From: an uncultured Hormoscilla sp.
GTDB lineage: Bacteria > Cyanobacteriota > Cyanobacteriia > Cyanobacteriales > Desertifilaceae
Direction of reading: 5' to 3'
Assembly: GCA_963921275.4 (NCBI GenBank)
Contig: OZ001293.3
Span: 5,792,001 to 5,856,000 of the forward strand
Length of the DNA stretch: 64,000 bases
Below, one piece after another: positions 12,144 through 22,900 of the stretch. The translations under genes were made by a program, and so were the position numbers. Each line of letters begins with the position of its first letter. The stretch's first letter is position 1. The notes beneath the pieces were generated by a model. That model did no database searches. It was not told the DNA's origin and saw only the letters and a list, made by a program, of their open reading frames with translations.

Positions 12144-13169
12144 TTAATACCGAATTCTAGGATCTATGTAAGCGTTCAAGATATCAATTGCAATACTAGC
12201 AATTACCACAATTGTAGCGAAGAACACTACTAAACCTTGGACTGTGGGATAATCTCTGAGGGTAATCGCCTCATACAGTCTATTTCCCAACCCGGGCCAG
12301 GAAAAGGTCACCTCTGTTAACACCGCCCCTCCCAGCATAGCTGCCAAGGTCAGTCCCAAAATGGTAATCACGGGAATCATAGCATTTTTCAAAGCATGGT
12401 ATACTAGAATTCGACTTTCGGGAATTCCTCTTGCTTTGGTCGCTTCCACATAATCAGATTTCAGAGTTTGCTTCAGGTTCACCCGGACAATGCGCTCAAA
12501 AATGCCACTCAGGAGGATACCCAGAGTTAAACTAGGCAGGGCCAGATAATGAATAGCAGTGAGAAACTGCTCCAGGTTACCTGCGAGAATACTATCAATC
12601 GTATATAAACCCGTCGGACCCGCAGGAGGAGTTAAGGCTAAAGAAAAGCGCGTTCCCAAGGGAAACCATCCCAGTTGCACGGCAAAAATTAACTGTAATA
12701 GCATCCCCGCCCAAAAAGCTGGGATTGAATAGGTGATAATGCCAAATAATCGGCCCCCAGCATCCAGAATAGTATTCGGCCGGGAAGCGGCGATCGCCCC
12801 TACAGTAATGCCCAGAATTAGGGCGATCGCCATACTACAGATGGCCAATTCTGCCGTAGCGGGGAAATACTTGCCGATAATTTCCCATACTGTCTGTCCT
12901 CGACTGGTTAAAGAACTACCCAAGTCAAAAGAGAGCAAACTACCGATATAATTAACATATTGCAGCCACAGGGGCAAATCTAAACCTAACTGATTTCTCA
13001 ATTCTGCTTTTGCTGCTGCCGAGGCCCGGGCACCGTAAATAGCATCGACAGGATCTCCCGGTGTTGCCCTGAGCAGCAAAAAGACTAAAGTAGTAATTAG
13101 CCATAGCATCAGGGGCGCTAACAGCAGACGGGCGAAAATATAATATTGTAAAGCTTTGGCACGAGACAT
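12144..13169 (-). CDS. Peptide/nickel ABC transporter permease (DppB/OppB type)
   Basis: PGDPV, EAA-like loop DYVEATKARG, TEVTFSWPGLG, YIDPRIRY. Confidence 0.93.
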   Translation of the reverse strand: MSRAKALQYYIFARLLLAPLMLWLITTLVFLLLRATPGDPVDAIYGARASAAAKAELRNQLGLDLPLWLQYVNYIGSLLSFDLGSSLTSRGQTVWEIIGKYFPATAELAICSMAIALILGITVGAIAASRPNTILDAGGRLFGIITYSIPAFWAGMLLQLIFAVQLGWFPLGTRFSLALTPPAGPTGLYTIDSILAGNLEQFLTAIHYLALPSLTLGILLSGIFERIVRVNLKQTLKSDYVEATKARGIPESRILVYHALKNAMIPVITILGLTLAAMLGGAVLTEVTFSWPGLGNRLYEAITLRDYPTVQGLVVFFATIVVIASIAIDILNAYIDPRIRY

Positions 13170-13667
13170 GTTGTCAAATGGTTAATGGTCAAAGGATAAT
13201 GGTGATTGATTGTCGGGTGGGCAATGCCCAACATCCCCTTGGTTATCATAATGGTATAACATAATTATCCTTATGTTACCATAAGTGGAGGCCTAGGACC
13301 GGACTTGCTATATTGACCTTGGAGCAATTGCGCACAATCACCGGAGAAAAGAGAAAATGATAGCGATCGCATCTTCACCATTGGCCGACCAAAATATACG
13401 AGAGTGCCAATTGACTAGTAGATAAGGGAAGGGGGGAGTCGGATAACCAACCAGTTATCCTCAAGGTACTCAAATAAGCAGAGCCTAGCGCCGGTGAAGT
13501 CGCCGGTTCCAACATGGAAGGTGAAGTAGATTACGAAGCGGTTTGAGTATTGGGAGAATGTGTTATAAGGTGTTTTCCCAGCCGTCGGTCTGGCGTATGT
13601 GAGCGAAAAAATGGGGATATTACGCCGGTACCCGAGAATTTGAGGGGACTTGAGGAGGGGTTGGGTG

Positions 13668-13943
13668 ATGTAATTTGAGTGGGATGAAGCAAAGCGTTTT
13701 GCTAATATTGATAAGCATGGTATTGACTTTATAGATGCTCCATCTGTTTTTAATGGCGATCCGGTCACAGTTGAGGACAATAGATATAACTATGGCGAAC
13801 AGCGTTTTGTTACTTTTGGTATATTACAAGGTCGGGGAATCGCTGTTGTCCATACAGAAAGAGATGAGTTGATTCGGATTATTTCGGCAAGGAAGGCGAC
13901 TAAATATGAGCAAAGAATCTATTTTGAGCAAATCTCAAACTGA
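13668..13943 (+). pseudogene. BrnT-family toxin with stop at codon 2
   Basis: M*FEWDEAKRFANIDKHGIDF...RIISARKAT. Confidence 0.8.
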
Positions 13944-14179
13944 TTGGCAACGGATTGATAGGATGGATGATGGCGATATAGATTTATCGGATTGTCCAGA
14001 AGTTACAGAGCAAATGTTTGCGCTTGGCTGTGGTGAGACGGCCAGCATTGAAAAAAGCAGAGGTGATGTTAACGATAGATCGTGATGTTTGGGAATGGTT
14101 TGAGTCCAAAGGTCAGGGCTATGAACGGCAGATAAATGCTTGATTGCGAGAAGATATGGAATTGGTAATGGAGAATTAA
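13906..14179 (+). pseudogene. BrnA-family antitoxin, frameshifted
   Basis: SQTDWQRIDRMDDGDIDLSDCPEVT, then a shifted frame IDRDVWEWFESKGQGYERQINA*. Confidence 0.75.
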
Positions 14180-14193
14180 AACTTGAAGGTTAG

Positions 14194-14375
14194 TATAGCG
14201 ACGCTCAATATTTGTGGGGAGATTATGGAAGAAATACAACTGAAATTATTGCAAGGCTTTAATTTCAGCCTCACCAGATTGCCCAAATCATTACCAGGCA
14301 AGAGGATAAAAATATTGCGTGTCATCCGTCGGAAGGGAAAAACTCCCTAGCCCAGAGAACAGGATATGCGCTATA
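14194..14375. mobile_element. Possible IS630-type MITE
   Basis: Short termini TATAGCG...CGCTATA; non-coding. Confidence 0.4.
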
Positions 14376-14660
14376 CCACCAAGGACAGGCTCAATATGGG
14401 AGTAGGAGAGCACCGGTAGCAGGGCAGAATCTGGTGGGGCGATCGATTGTATTGTATGTGCAGCAGGACTTACCCATCTTGTCCCCTTAGAGATTATCAC
14501 CCTTGTATCGGTGGACGGTCTCCCATGCCTGCCCCCAATAGCAGCCTCCAGTATAACTTGACAGGCGCGATCGGATATTAGCTCAGGTTAAGTGCTCCGG
14601 GGGCGGAAGTTATGATAAGATAAGAATTATGGAGGTCAGAAGAAGAGAAGATGAGTAACG

Positions 14661-17600
14661 ATGAATGGTAAGATATATGCATTGCTAGTTGGAATCGACA
14701 ATTATGCAAAATACCCCCTATCCGGTTGCGTGAACGACATCACAGCAGTGGAAGAGTATCTGCGCGATCGCATCCCAGAGACAAGACTAGCACTCGTCAA
14801 GCTGATCGATGCCGAAGCGACGCGCCAGAATATAATCGATGGCTTTACCACACATCTATGTCAAGCAGGCAGTGAAGATGTAGCGTTATTCTACTATGCC
14901 GGTCACGGGTCCCAAGGGAAAGCTCCCGAAGAACATTGGAATATGGAGCCCGATCGGCTCAACGAAACGATAATATGCTGGGACAGTCGTACAGGGGGAG
15001 CCTGGGACTTAGCAGACAAAGAACTGGCCTACCTGATAGATAAGGTAGGCCAGCGCGACCCGCACATAGTGCTGATCATGGACTGCTGTCACTCTGGTTC
15101 GGGGACCAGAGATATAGATGCAGTAGTGCGGCGGGTTGATGAAATAGACAAGCGCGATCGGCCCTTGAGCAGCTTTATCTTTGCCCAAGAGTCGGCGGAT
15201 CTAGCCTCTCGGGGCTACCAAGAGAATAGCGCTGGCTGGCAGATGCCCAGCAAAAATCACATTCTGCTAGCAGCCTGTCGCAGCGACGAACTGGCGAAAG
15301 AGTACAATGGGGACGGTCAAGCCCGGGGGGCCTTTTCCTACTTTCTGCTCAACAACCTACAGAAAGCTAATGGTAACTTAACCTATCGGGAATTGTTTGA
15401 AAGCACCAATGCCCTAGTGCGGGGGAAAGTTAACGACCAGTCGCCCCAGCTGGAAGCCAGAAATTCCCTTCGAGACGCAGACCAACCTTTTCTGGGAGGG
15501 GCGATCGCCCCTCGAGAACCCTACTTTACCGTTAGTCATGACAAGCAATATGGCTGGATCGTTAATGGCGGTGCGGTGCATGGTCTGCAAAAACCCTCTA
15601 AAGGGGAAACTATCCTAGCCTTATTTCCCTTTGGCACTGATGTGCCACAGTTAAGAGACCCCGAACTGGCCTCTGGTACAGCCAAAGTAACTCAAGTCAG
15701 GCAGCAACTGAGCTTCGTAGATATCTCTGGAATAGAAAATTTAGCAGAAAATCAGACCTTTAAGGCCATTCCGATCGCCCTCCCCCTACCCCGCTTACAA
15801 GTTTCCTTTGAGGGGGAAGAGACAGGAGTGGAACTGGCTTGTCGGGCACTCAAGACGGCAGGAGCCCTATATCGACCTTCATTGTATATCAGCCCTGCCG
15901 AGAACTCAGAAGATATTGACATAGTCCTGGTGGCGGACAAGGGACAGTATATAATCAGGCGGTCAAGGGACGATCGGCCCCTAGTAGCGCCCCTGTCGTT
16001 AAATAGCTCTCCCGCCGGTTACACGGGGGATGACGCATTAAAAGTAATTCGACGTTTAGAACATATTGCCCGCTGGACAAATACCTTAGAACTATCAAGT
16101 CCAGCGGCCAGTGGACTGCGTCCGTCCGACGTAAAAATGGAATTTGTGCTGTTCGACACAGAAACAGCAAGTACAGCTTCAGCAATGCGGCTGGAGTATG
16201 AAGAATATAATGGGGAGTTAGTACCGCCGACCTTAAAGATCAGACTAACCAATAGCAGTCAGCGTACCCTTTATTGCGCAGTCTTAGACCTAGCCGAGAA
16301 TTTTTCGGTGAACAACCCCTTCTTTGATACTAGCACGGTGAAGCTGGAAGCAGGAGCAGAAATTGAGGGCAGGTGGATAGATTTAGTTGTGCCCGACGAG
16401 TTGTGGTCCCAGGGGATAACAGAGTACAAAGATATCTTCAAACTGATCGTCAACACCCAGGAATTTGATGCGAGAATTCTGGAACAAGATGCCCTGGACT
16501 TGCCGACCAGATCCCTAGGAGATACATACCAAAGTCTCTTTAATAGCAAGAGCAATACTCGGGATGCCGTTGCGTCCCGTCGGGGCCGCAGCTATGATGA
16601 TTGGCTCACAAAAGAAGTAGCGATTACCAGTGTCAGACCCCAAGCTGTCCAGTCGGTGAGGTCGGACAGCAGCATCGGACTGTCTCAGATAGTGGAGTTG
16701 CAACCCCATCGGCACTTAAAAGCAAAAGCATGCCTGAGCACTGTGCCCCAGGCAACCAGAGATTTAGGAAATCACATCCTGCCTCCCATTCTCCGAGAAA
16801 ATCCTCATTTGGTCCAACCATTCAAATTCACAGTTACCCGAGGTGCAGATCCAGGCTTGAGTTGTCTGGAACTGACGGAAGTAGAAGATACTGCTGTAGT
16901 CACGCCAGAGGCCCCCCTGAAGTTACTGGTGGACCGCCAGCTCCAGGAAAACGAAAGCATATTACCTGTGGGCTACGATGGAGAATTCTATTTACCATTG
17001 GGTCGGTCTGTCAGCACAAACGATGGGAAAATAGAAATCAGGCTCGATCGTCTACCAGAACCGATTAGCCAGCAAACTCGCAGCGTCCAAGGAGCGGTCC
17101 GCATCTTCTTTGAGAAAGTGATATCTCAGAAATTGGGAACGTCCTTTGAATACCCGATCTTAGCAGTGGCGTCCGTTGACCCACAGGGAAAAGTAAGTTA
17201 TCAAAAGGATATAGAGTCAGTTAAACAGAAAGTGGCTGGGGCCCAGAAAATTATCCTCTACATCCACGGGCTGACAGGAGACACCCAAAGCCTAGTCCCC
17301 AGCGTGCAAACAGCGACAGTAGAAATAGACGGACAAAAGCGATCGCTGGGCGAATTTTATGACCTGGTGCTGACTTATGACCATGAGAGCGTGAACACTC
17401 GGATAGAGGAGACAGCCCGGAAGCTCAAGCAACGGTTAGAAGCAGTAGGTTTAGGAGCAAATCATGGCAAGCAGTTAGATATTATAGCCCACTCAATGGG
17501 AGGTTTGATATCCCGTTGGTTTATCGAGCGAGAAGGCGGGAATCAAATGGTGCAGCACCTGGTGCTTGTGGGCGTGCCGAATGGAGGTTCTCCTTGGGCC

Positions 17601-18338
17601 ACATTACAAGATTGGGCTTTTACTGCCATCACTTTAGGGTTAAACAACCTCTCGGCGATGGGCTGGCAAGCTTCGGGATTGACTAAATTACTCGACGGTA
17701 TAGAGAAGATTGATATTTCCTTCGATCAAATGCGACCAGACTCAGATTTTATCCAACAAATGGCTAACAACCCAGACCCCCAGGTGCCTTATACAATTAT
17801 TGCAGGCAACAGGTCTTTAGCAAAAGCGACGATGGAAACAGGGGAGGAAAATTCACGACTACAGCGACTGATGCAGAAGCTGTTTGGGAAGAAAGTAGAT
17901 GCAGTGGTAGAACCCGCTTTCTGGTACCAAGCAAACGATCTGACAGCGACTGTAGCTAGCATCAAAGATGTTAGGGACGATCGGGATCCGCCGCCCAAAA
18001 AACTGCCAGATACGCCCTGCGACCACTTAACATATTTTACAGAAGAGGCGGGGTTGCATGATTTGGCGATCGCCCTATTTCCCCCTGATTCATCGCCCGT
18101 TATCCGACCGACTCCCGAACAGCCACCGACTCCCGAACAGTCACCGACTCCCGAACAGTCTGAGGAAAAGCAAGAAAAACCTTTCTGGACCAAACCGTGG
18201 TTTATTGCTATCATTATCTTACTGATTGCTGGAGTAACTGCCTACTTAGTGGCCGTCCAACGGTCTCAAGAAAATGAACGGAATACTTCGATGAAAGGCG
18301 ATCTGGAATTAACGATCGACGAAAGGCGATCTGCATGA
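14661..18338 (+). CDS. Caspase-like peptidase C14 fused to alpha/beta hydrolase, Pro-rich linker and C-terminal TM anchor
   Basis: YYAGHGSQ and DCCHSG dyad; IHGLTG and AHSMGG nucleophile elbow; NDLT and CDHLTYF candidate Asp/His; PTPEQ repeats; WFIAIIILLIAGVTAYLVAV. Confidence 0.88.
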   Translation: MNGKIYALLVGIDNYAKYPLSGCVNDITAVEEYLRDRIPETRLALVKLIDAEATRQNIIDGFTTHLCQAGSEDVALFYYAGHGSQGKAPEEHWNMEPDRLNETIICWDSRTGGAWDLADKELAYLIDKVGQRDPHIVLIMDCCHSGSGTRDIDAVVRRVDEIDKRDRPLSSFIFAQESADLASRGYQENSAGWQMPSKNHILLAACRSDELAKEYNGDGQARGAFSYFLLNNLQKANGNLTYRELFESTNALVRGKVNDQSPQLEARNSLRDADQPFLGGAIAPREPYFTVSHDKQYGWIVNGGAVHGLQKPSKGETILALFPFGTDVPQLRDPELASGTAKVTQVRQQLSFVDISGIENLAENQTFKAIPIALPLPRLQVSFEGEETGVELACRALKTAGALYRPSLYISPAENSEDIDIVLVADKGQYIIRRSRDDRPLVAPLSLNSSPAGYTGDDALKVIRRLEHIARWTNTLELSSPAASGLRPSDVKMEFVLFDTETASTASAMRLEYEEYNGELVPPTLKIRLTNSSQRTLYCAVLDLAENFSVNNPFFDTSTVKLEAGAEIEGRWIDLVVPDELWSQGITEYKDIFKLIVNTQEFDARILEQDALDLPTRSLGDTYQSLFNSKSNTRDAVASRRGRSYDDWLTKEVAITSVRPQAVQSVRSDSSIGLSQIVELQPHRHLKAKACLSTVPQATRDLGNHILPPILRENPHLVQPFKFTVTRGADPGLSCLELTEVEDTAVVTPEAPLKLLVDRQLQENESILPVGYDGEFYLPLGRSVSTNDGKIEIRLDRLPEPISQQTRSVQGAVRIFFEKVISQKLGTSFEYPILAVASVDPQGKVSYQKDIESVKQKVAGAQKIILYIHGLTGDTQSLVPSVQTATVEIDGQKRSLGEFYDLVLTYDHESVNTRIEETARKLKQRLEAVGLGANHGKQLDIIAHSMGGLISRWFIEREGGNQMVQHLVLVGVPNGGSPWATLQDWAFTAITLGLNNLSAMGWQASGLTKLLDGIEKIDISFDQMRPDSDFIQQMANNPDPQVPYTIIAGNRSLAKATMETGEENSRLQRLMQKLFGKKVDAVVEPAFWYQANDLTATVASIKDVRDDRDPPPKKLPDTPCDHLTYFTEEAGLHDLAIALFPPDSSPVIRPTPEQPPTPEQSPTPEQSEEKQEKPFWTKPWFIAIIILLIAGVTAYLVAVQRSQENERNTSMKGDLELTIDERRSA

Positions 18339-19627
18339 AGGAAAAATTTTGTGGGCGGTAGGGTGGCGATCGTCACCCTACCGTTTTTTTTTGAATTTTC
18401 TATTTTTCCTAAAGGTTTTATATAGTCCGAGCAAAGCTTTTGGGCAATCATTTTTCCAGCCAGAAGATGTCCCGAAGCATTCCAATCTCCCCCACAGGGG
18501 ATGGCGTTATCAAAACCATGTAGGCAAACATTGTTTTGCTCGGCATATTCGGCAAAATCACGTGCCAGATTCATTACTTCAAAATTCTCCTGATCGCCCA
18601 AAGCTTTAACACGCCGATCTGGATAAAACAGATCGTCTACATCCAAATTTACCATCAACTCTTGACGAACTGAAATATCGGGATGTACCTGTTCGGGATT
18701 ACTCAAAGTTATGATTAAAAACTCAGCTCCTTTTTGCACCACTTCATCTCGCATTAACACCATCAGTCCCTCTGTTACCCGCCAGGCTTCTTGCCAAACC
18801 TCCGTTCTGGGCTCTTTGTATATAAAGCTATCACCAATACGAATTTTTTGAATATAATTACTCTTTTCATTTTCTGTTTTTATCTGCTGTTCTTTTTGCT
18901 GTTTGATGACTGACCTTGACCTATTGTTGAGAAGATTCTCGTAGACAAGCTGGAATACTCGTGAATGCTTTTTCAAAAATTATAATAATGGAGTATATAG
19001 CCCTAAAATCCTTGCTTTAAAACTTCGCGTGCGGAATGAGTTATCGGCAACTAACTGACCATCGCGGTAGACAAAGTAAGGACTGTTCTGGGTAACTCCA
19101 GTAACCTCTCGTGAGTTATTTTTTATGTCGTTACCCAGGAAAGCAGCCAACAGGACAATATCGGGGGAATAGTCCCAGACATGACGACGCAAGGTTATTA
19201 GTTCCTGGGCAGTTCCATAACCACTAACTCCAAAATTAAGTACTTCAACTTTCCGTCCCGCTAAAGCTTGACATCCCCTGAGTTCGCGCTCAGTGACGCT
19301 CGCAAAAGTATTTTCCAAGGGAACCTGTCTAGCTTCTGTAAAGGAATCTCCTAGTATCGCAATTCTCAGGGTATTTTCTGGTTTGACCTGGGAACGCTCT
19401 CGGTCTCGCCAACCGTCACTATTGATCCGGACATAGGCTTCACCTTCTTTGCGAAACCAGCCTGATGCACCAGGAAGCAGAACCGTGCCTGTATACTTAT
19501 CCCTAGTCATAAAAATTGGGTAAGAAATACCGGCAATGCGCAAGTAGATTTCCCCTAGGAAAATTCCCAGGGAGAAACCTCCGACTACTAACAAACTATT
19601 TTGCACCAATCGTTTCCAGTTTTTCAT
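18266..19627 (-). pseudogene. SGNH/GDSL hydrolase
   Basis: LGDSF, NFGVSGYGT and GND blocks; in-frame TAA at 18980-18982; block V reads GGDWN where a His is expected. Confidence 0.8.
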
Positions 19628-19707
19628 ATTTACTTCCAGTAGTCAGCGGTTAGTGGTTAGTGGTCAGGGGTCAGCGGTCGAGCGAAGCAATCCCATTTTC
19701 CTGACAG

Positions 19708-19897
19708 CTAGCGGGACTTGAGAATTTTCTCGGGCAAAAAACGGCTCAAACCCTTACGGAGTAGGCTTTTTACGTCGAAGGGGATCGAATGGCTGAAACC
19801 CTGAGCCGGCGGAGATCTAGACCAGATCGACCTAAAAATGGCTCTGTGAAAGGGTTTGAGGCTCATTTTGACCTATTTTTTCCCAAAGTCCCGCTAG
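19708..19897. mobile_element. MITE bounded by CTAG, just upstream of the caspase-STAND gene
   Basis: TIRs CTAGCGGGACTT / AAGTCCCGCTAG. Confidence 0.8.
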
Positions 19898-19945
19898 CCA
19901 AAGCCAAGTATACTTAATTTATATTGAAGCACAGAATATAAACCC

Positions 19946-22900
19946 ATGTCAATCCCTGAGTTTAACCGCAGCATCGCAGTAATTATAGGTATAAATGAGT
20001 ACAGAAATAGGATTCCCAGGCTGAAGACAGCAGTGAATGACGCCCATACTCTGGCGGATCTGCTCAGAGAAAAATACAAGTACGAGGTGTTACTGCTGTT
20101 AGACAAAGAGGTGACGCGCGATCGCTTGGGTGATTTATTGACAGCATTCAAACAGGGAAGAATACCTTGGACCAGGAGAAAAACCGTGAAAGTAGGGTCA
20201 GATGACCGAGTATTGTTCTACTTTGCGGGACATGGAATAGCCCGGGATGGACTGGACAGTAAAGATGGGCCAGCGGGATATATTTTACCCCAGGATGCCC
20301 AACGGGAAGACGATCGCAGTTTTGTACCTATGCAGGAATTGCACGATGCCCTGATCGCACTGCCTTGCCGTCACCTCTTGGCGATCTTGGACTGCTGCTT
20401 TGCCGGGGCATTTCGCTGGTCGGGGTATACCAGAGATGTAGTCCGTTCCCAGAGAGTATATGCCGAAAGGTACGATCGCTTCATCAACAGCTCGGCGCGG
20501 CAGGTGATCGCCTCTGCGGCCCACGATGAAAAAGCCTTAGATTTTATCTCCCAACTGGGCGATCGGGGAGCTGCTGCTGGCGGTCATTCTCCCTTTGCCG
20601 AGCTGTTGTTTAAGGGGCTGTATCAATATGCCGATTTTACTGAGGACAATTTGATTACCGCCACAGAACTCTATCTCTATTTATATACCAAGTTAGCAGA
20701 GAAAACCGAAAAACAAACCCCCAGTCTCTTTCAACTGAAAACTCATGATAAAGGGGAGTACATCTTCCGGGTGCCCGGTCGTCAACTGAAATTAGCAACA
20801 GCACCACCACTCGATTATGACAGCAACCCCTACAAGGGCCTCGAACCCTTTGAGGAAGCAGACAGCGATATCTTCTTTGGCCGCCAACGGACGATCGACA
20901 AGCTGTGGTCCCACCTGCGGGAGAAAAACAAACCGCCTTTGACTGTATTATTAGGCGATACAGGCAGTGGCAAGTCGAGCTTAGTTAAAGCTGGTCTGCT
21001 GCCCCTGTTAAGAAGAGAAAACTGGCATATCCTCGGTCCCATGCGCCCGTGCAACTCTCCATTTACAGCTCTAGTAGATACCATCATCATCTCTAATGGG
21101 AGTCAAGAAAAACAAACAGAACAAACCTTGGTCGAGAAGCTGAGAGAATGGAGACAGAACCACCCGACAACCAGGCTACTTCTCGCGATCGACCAGTTCC
21201 ACGAACTGGTGACCATCTGTCCCCGCCGGCGAGAACAAAAGTTCATTGCTTTGCTGAGGAAATTGCTGACTGATAAGGTGATCGACCTGGAGATATTGAT
21301 CGTCTTGCGATCGGACTTATTGCCTCATTATAGCAAAATACTCTCAGATAGAGATCGCACCTTGTTAACGCTGTTTTTGGTGGAGCCAATGACACAGAAT
21401 GAATTACGGGAAGTGATTGAGAAGCCAGCCCAAGAACGGGTCTTATATTTCGATCCGCCTGAGTTGGTAGACAAGTTAATTAATGATGTGGTGCAGATGC
21501 CTGGGGCTTTGCCATTACTATCCTTTACTCTTAGCGAACTTTACCTCAAGTATCTACAGCGCCGAGGAAACGATCGCACCATGAGGGAGTCGGACTATAA
21601 TCAACTGGGTGGGGTGATGGGTGCCCTGACCAATAGAGCCACGGAAGAATATGAAGCGTTACTGAAATTAGACCCCGCCTATGAAAAAACCTTGCGCTGG
21701 CTGATGTTGCGCATGATTGCTATAGATGGGGGAGTTTCAACTAGGCGGCGGGTGCCCCGATCGGAATTAAGATACTCAAAATCCCAGGACGATCGGCGCG
21801 TCAAAACGGCAATCGAAAGCTTTTCTTCAGCCCGGTTAATAGTTGAAGGCAATGAAACCGGAGGAGAGCCTTATGTGGAGCCAGCTCATGATGCCTTGGT
21901 GACAGGATGGGATCTGCTCCTAAATTGGAAGCATGAATATCAGGAATATCTCACTTTACAAAGAATCGTGAATAATGCCGCGATCGCTTGGCAGGATAAT
22001 CAACGCCAGGTGAGAGACCTGTGGGATGAAAATTCTCGGCTGCCGAAATTGCTGGAAATCCGGAAATCCCAGGATAATTGGCTCAACCAGCTAGAAACAG
22101 AATTTGTCGATCGCAGCATTAAGCAGAAACGGAAATCCCAGCGACGTTCTTTTCTATCAGTAGTGGCAATGATTGCACTCGGTACCGGGTTTGGTGGATT
22201 GTATTTTGCTCGGAAAATCCAAGTAGGAATGGCAGAAATTAGTATCTCCATCGCTACCTCAGAAGTCATGTTTGCTAACAATCAACAGTTAGAAGCATTA
22301 CAACAAACTTTACAGGTAGGAGGGAGATTGAAGCAATCATTATGGCACAAAATATGGCCAGAACGGCATTTGCAAAATCAAGTTACCACAACTATGCAAA
22401 AAATAGTTGATGGCGTACAAGAACGCAACCGCATAGAGGGCGATCTCTACCAAGTGTGGAGCGTCAGTTTTAGTCCGGACGGCAGCCTCTTAGCTACCGC
22501 AGAATCTAACGGCACAGTGCATTTATGGGACAAGTTTGGCAAAAATTTGTCGGTCTTAACAGGACATACAGACAAAGTTAGCAGCATCAGTTTTAGTCCG
22601 GACGGTCAACTGCTAGCTACTGCTGCTGATGATGGCACGGCGCGTTTGTGGGACTTATCCAACCAGAAGTTAGTGAAAATGATTAGGCATCAAGGCAAAG
22701 TATTGAGTGTCAGTTTTAGCCCCGATGGATCAGCATTAGCCACCTCGGGAAGCGACGGCACTGTGAGTTTGTGGGACTTATCAGGCCAGCAGTTAGAGCA
22801 ATTTCAGGCCGATCGAGGCTGGGTTTGGAGCGTCAGTTTTAGCCCGAACGGCAGTCAACTCGCTACCGGTTCGGGAGATGGTACGGCTAGTTTATGGGAT

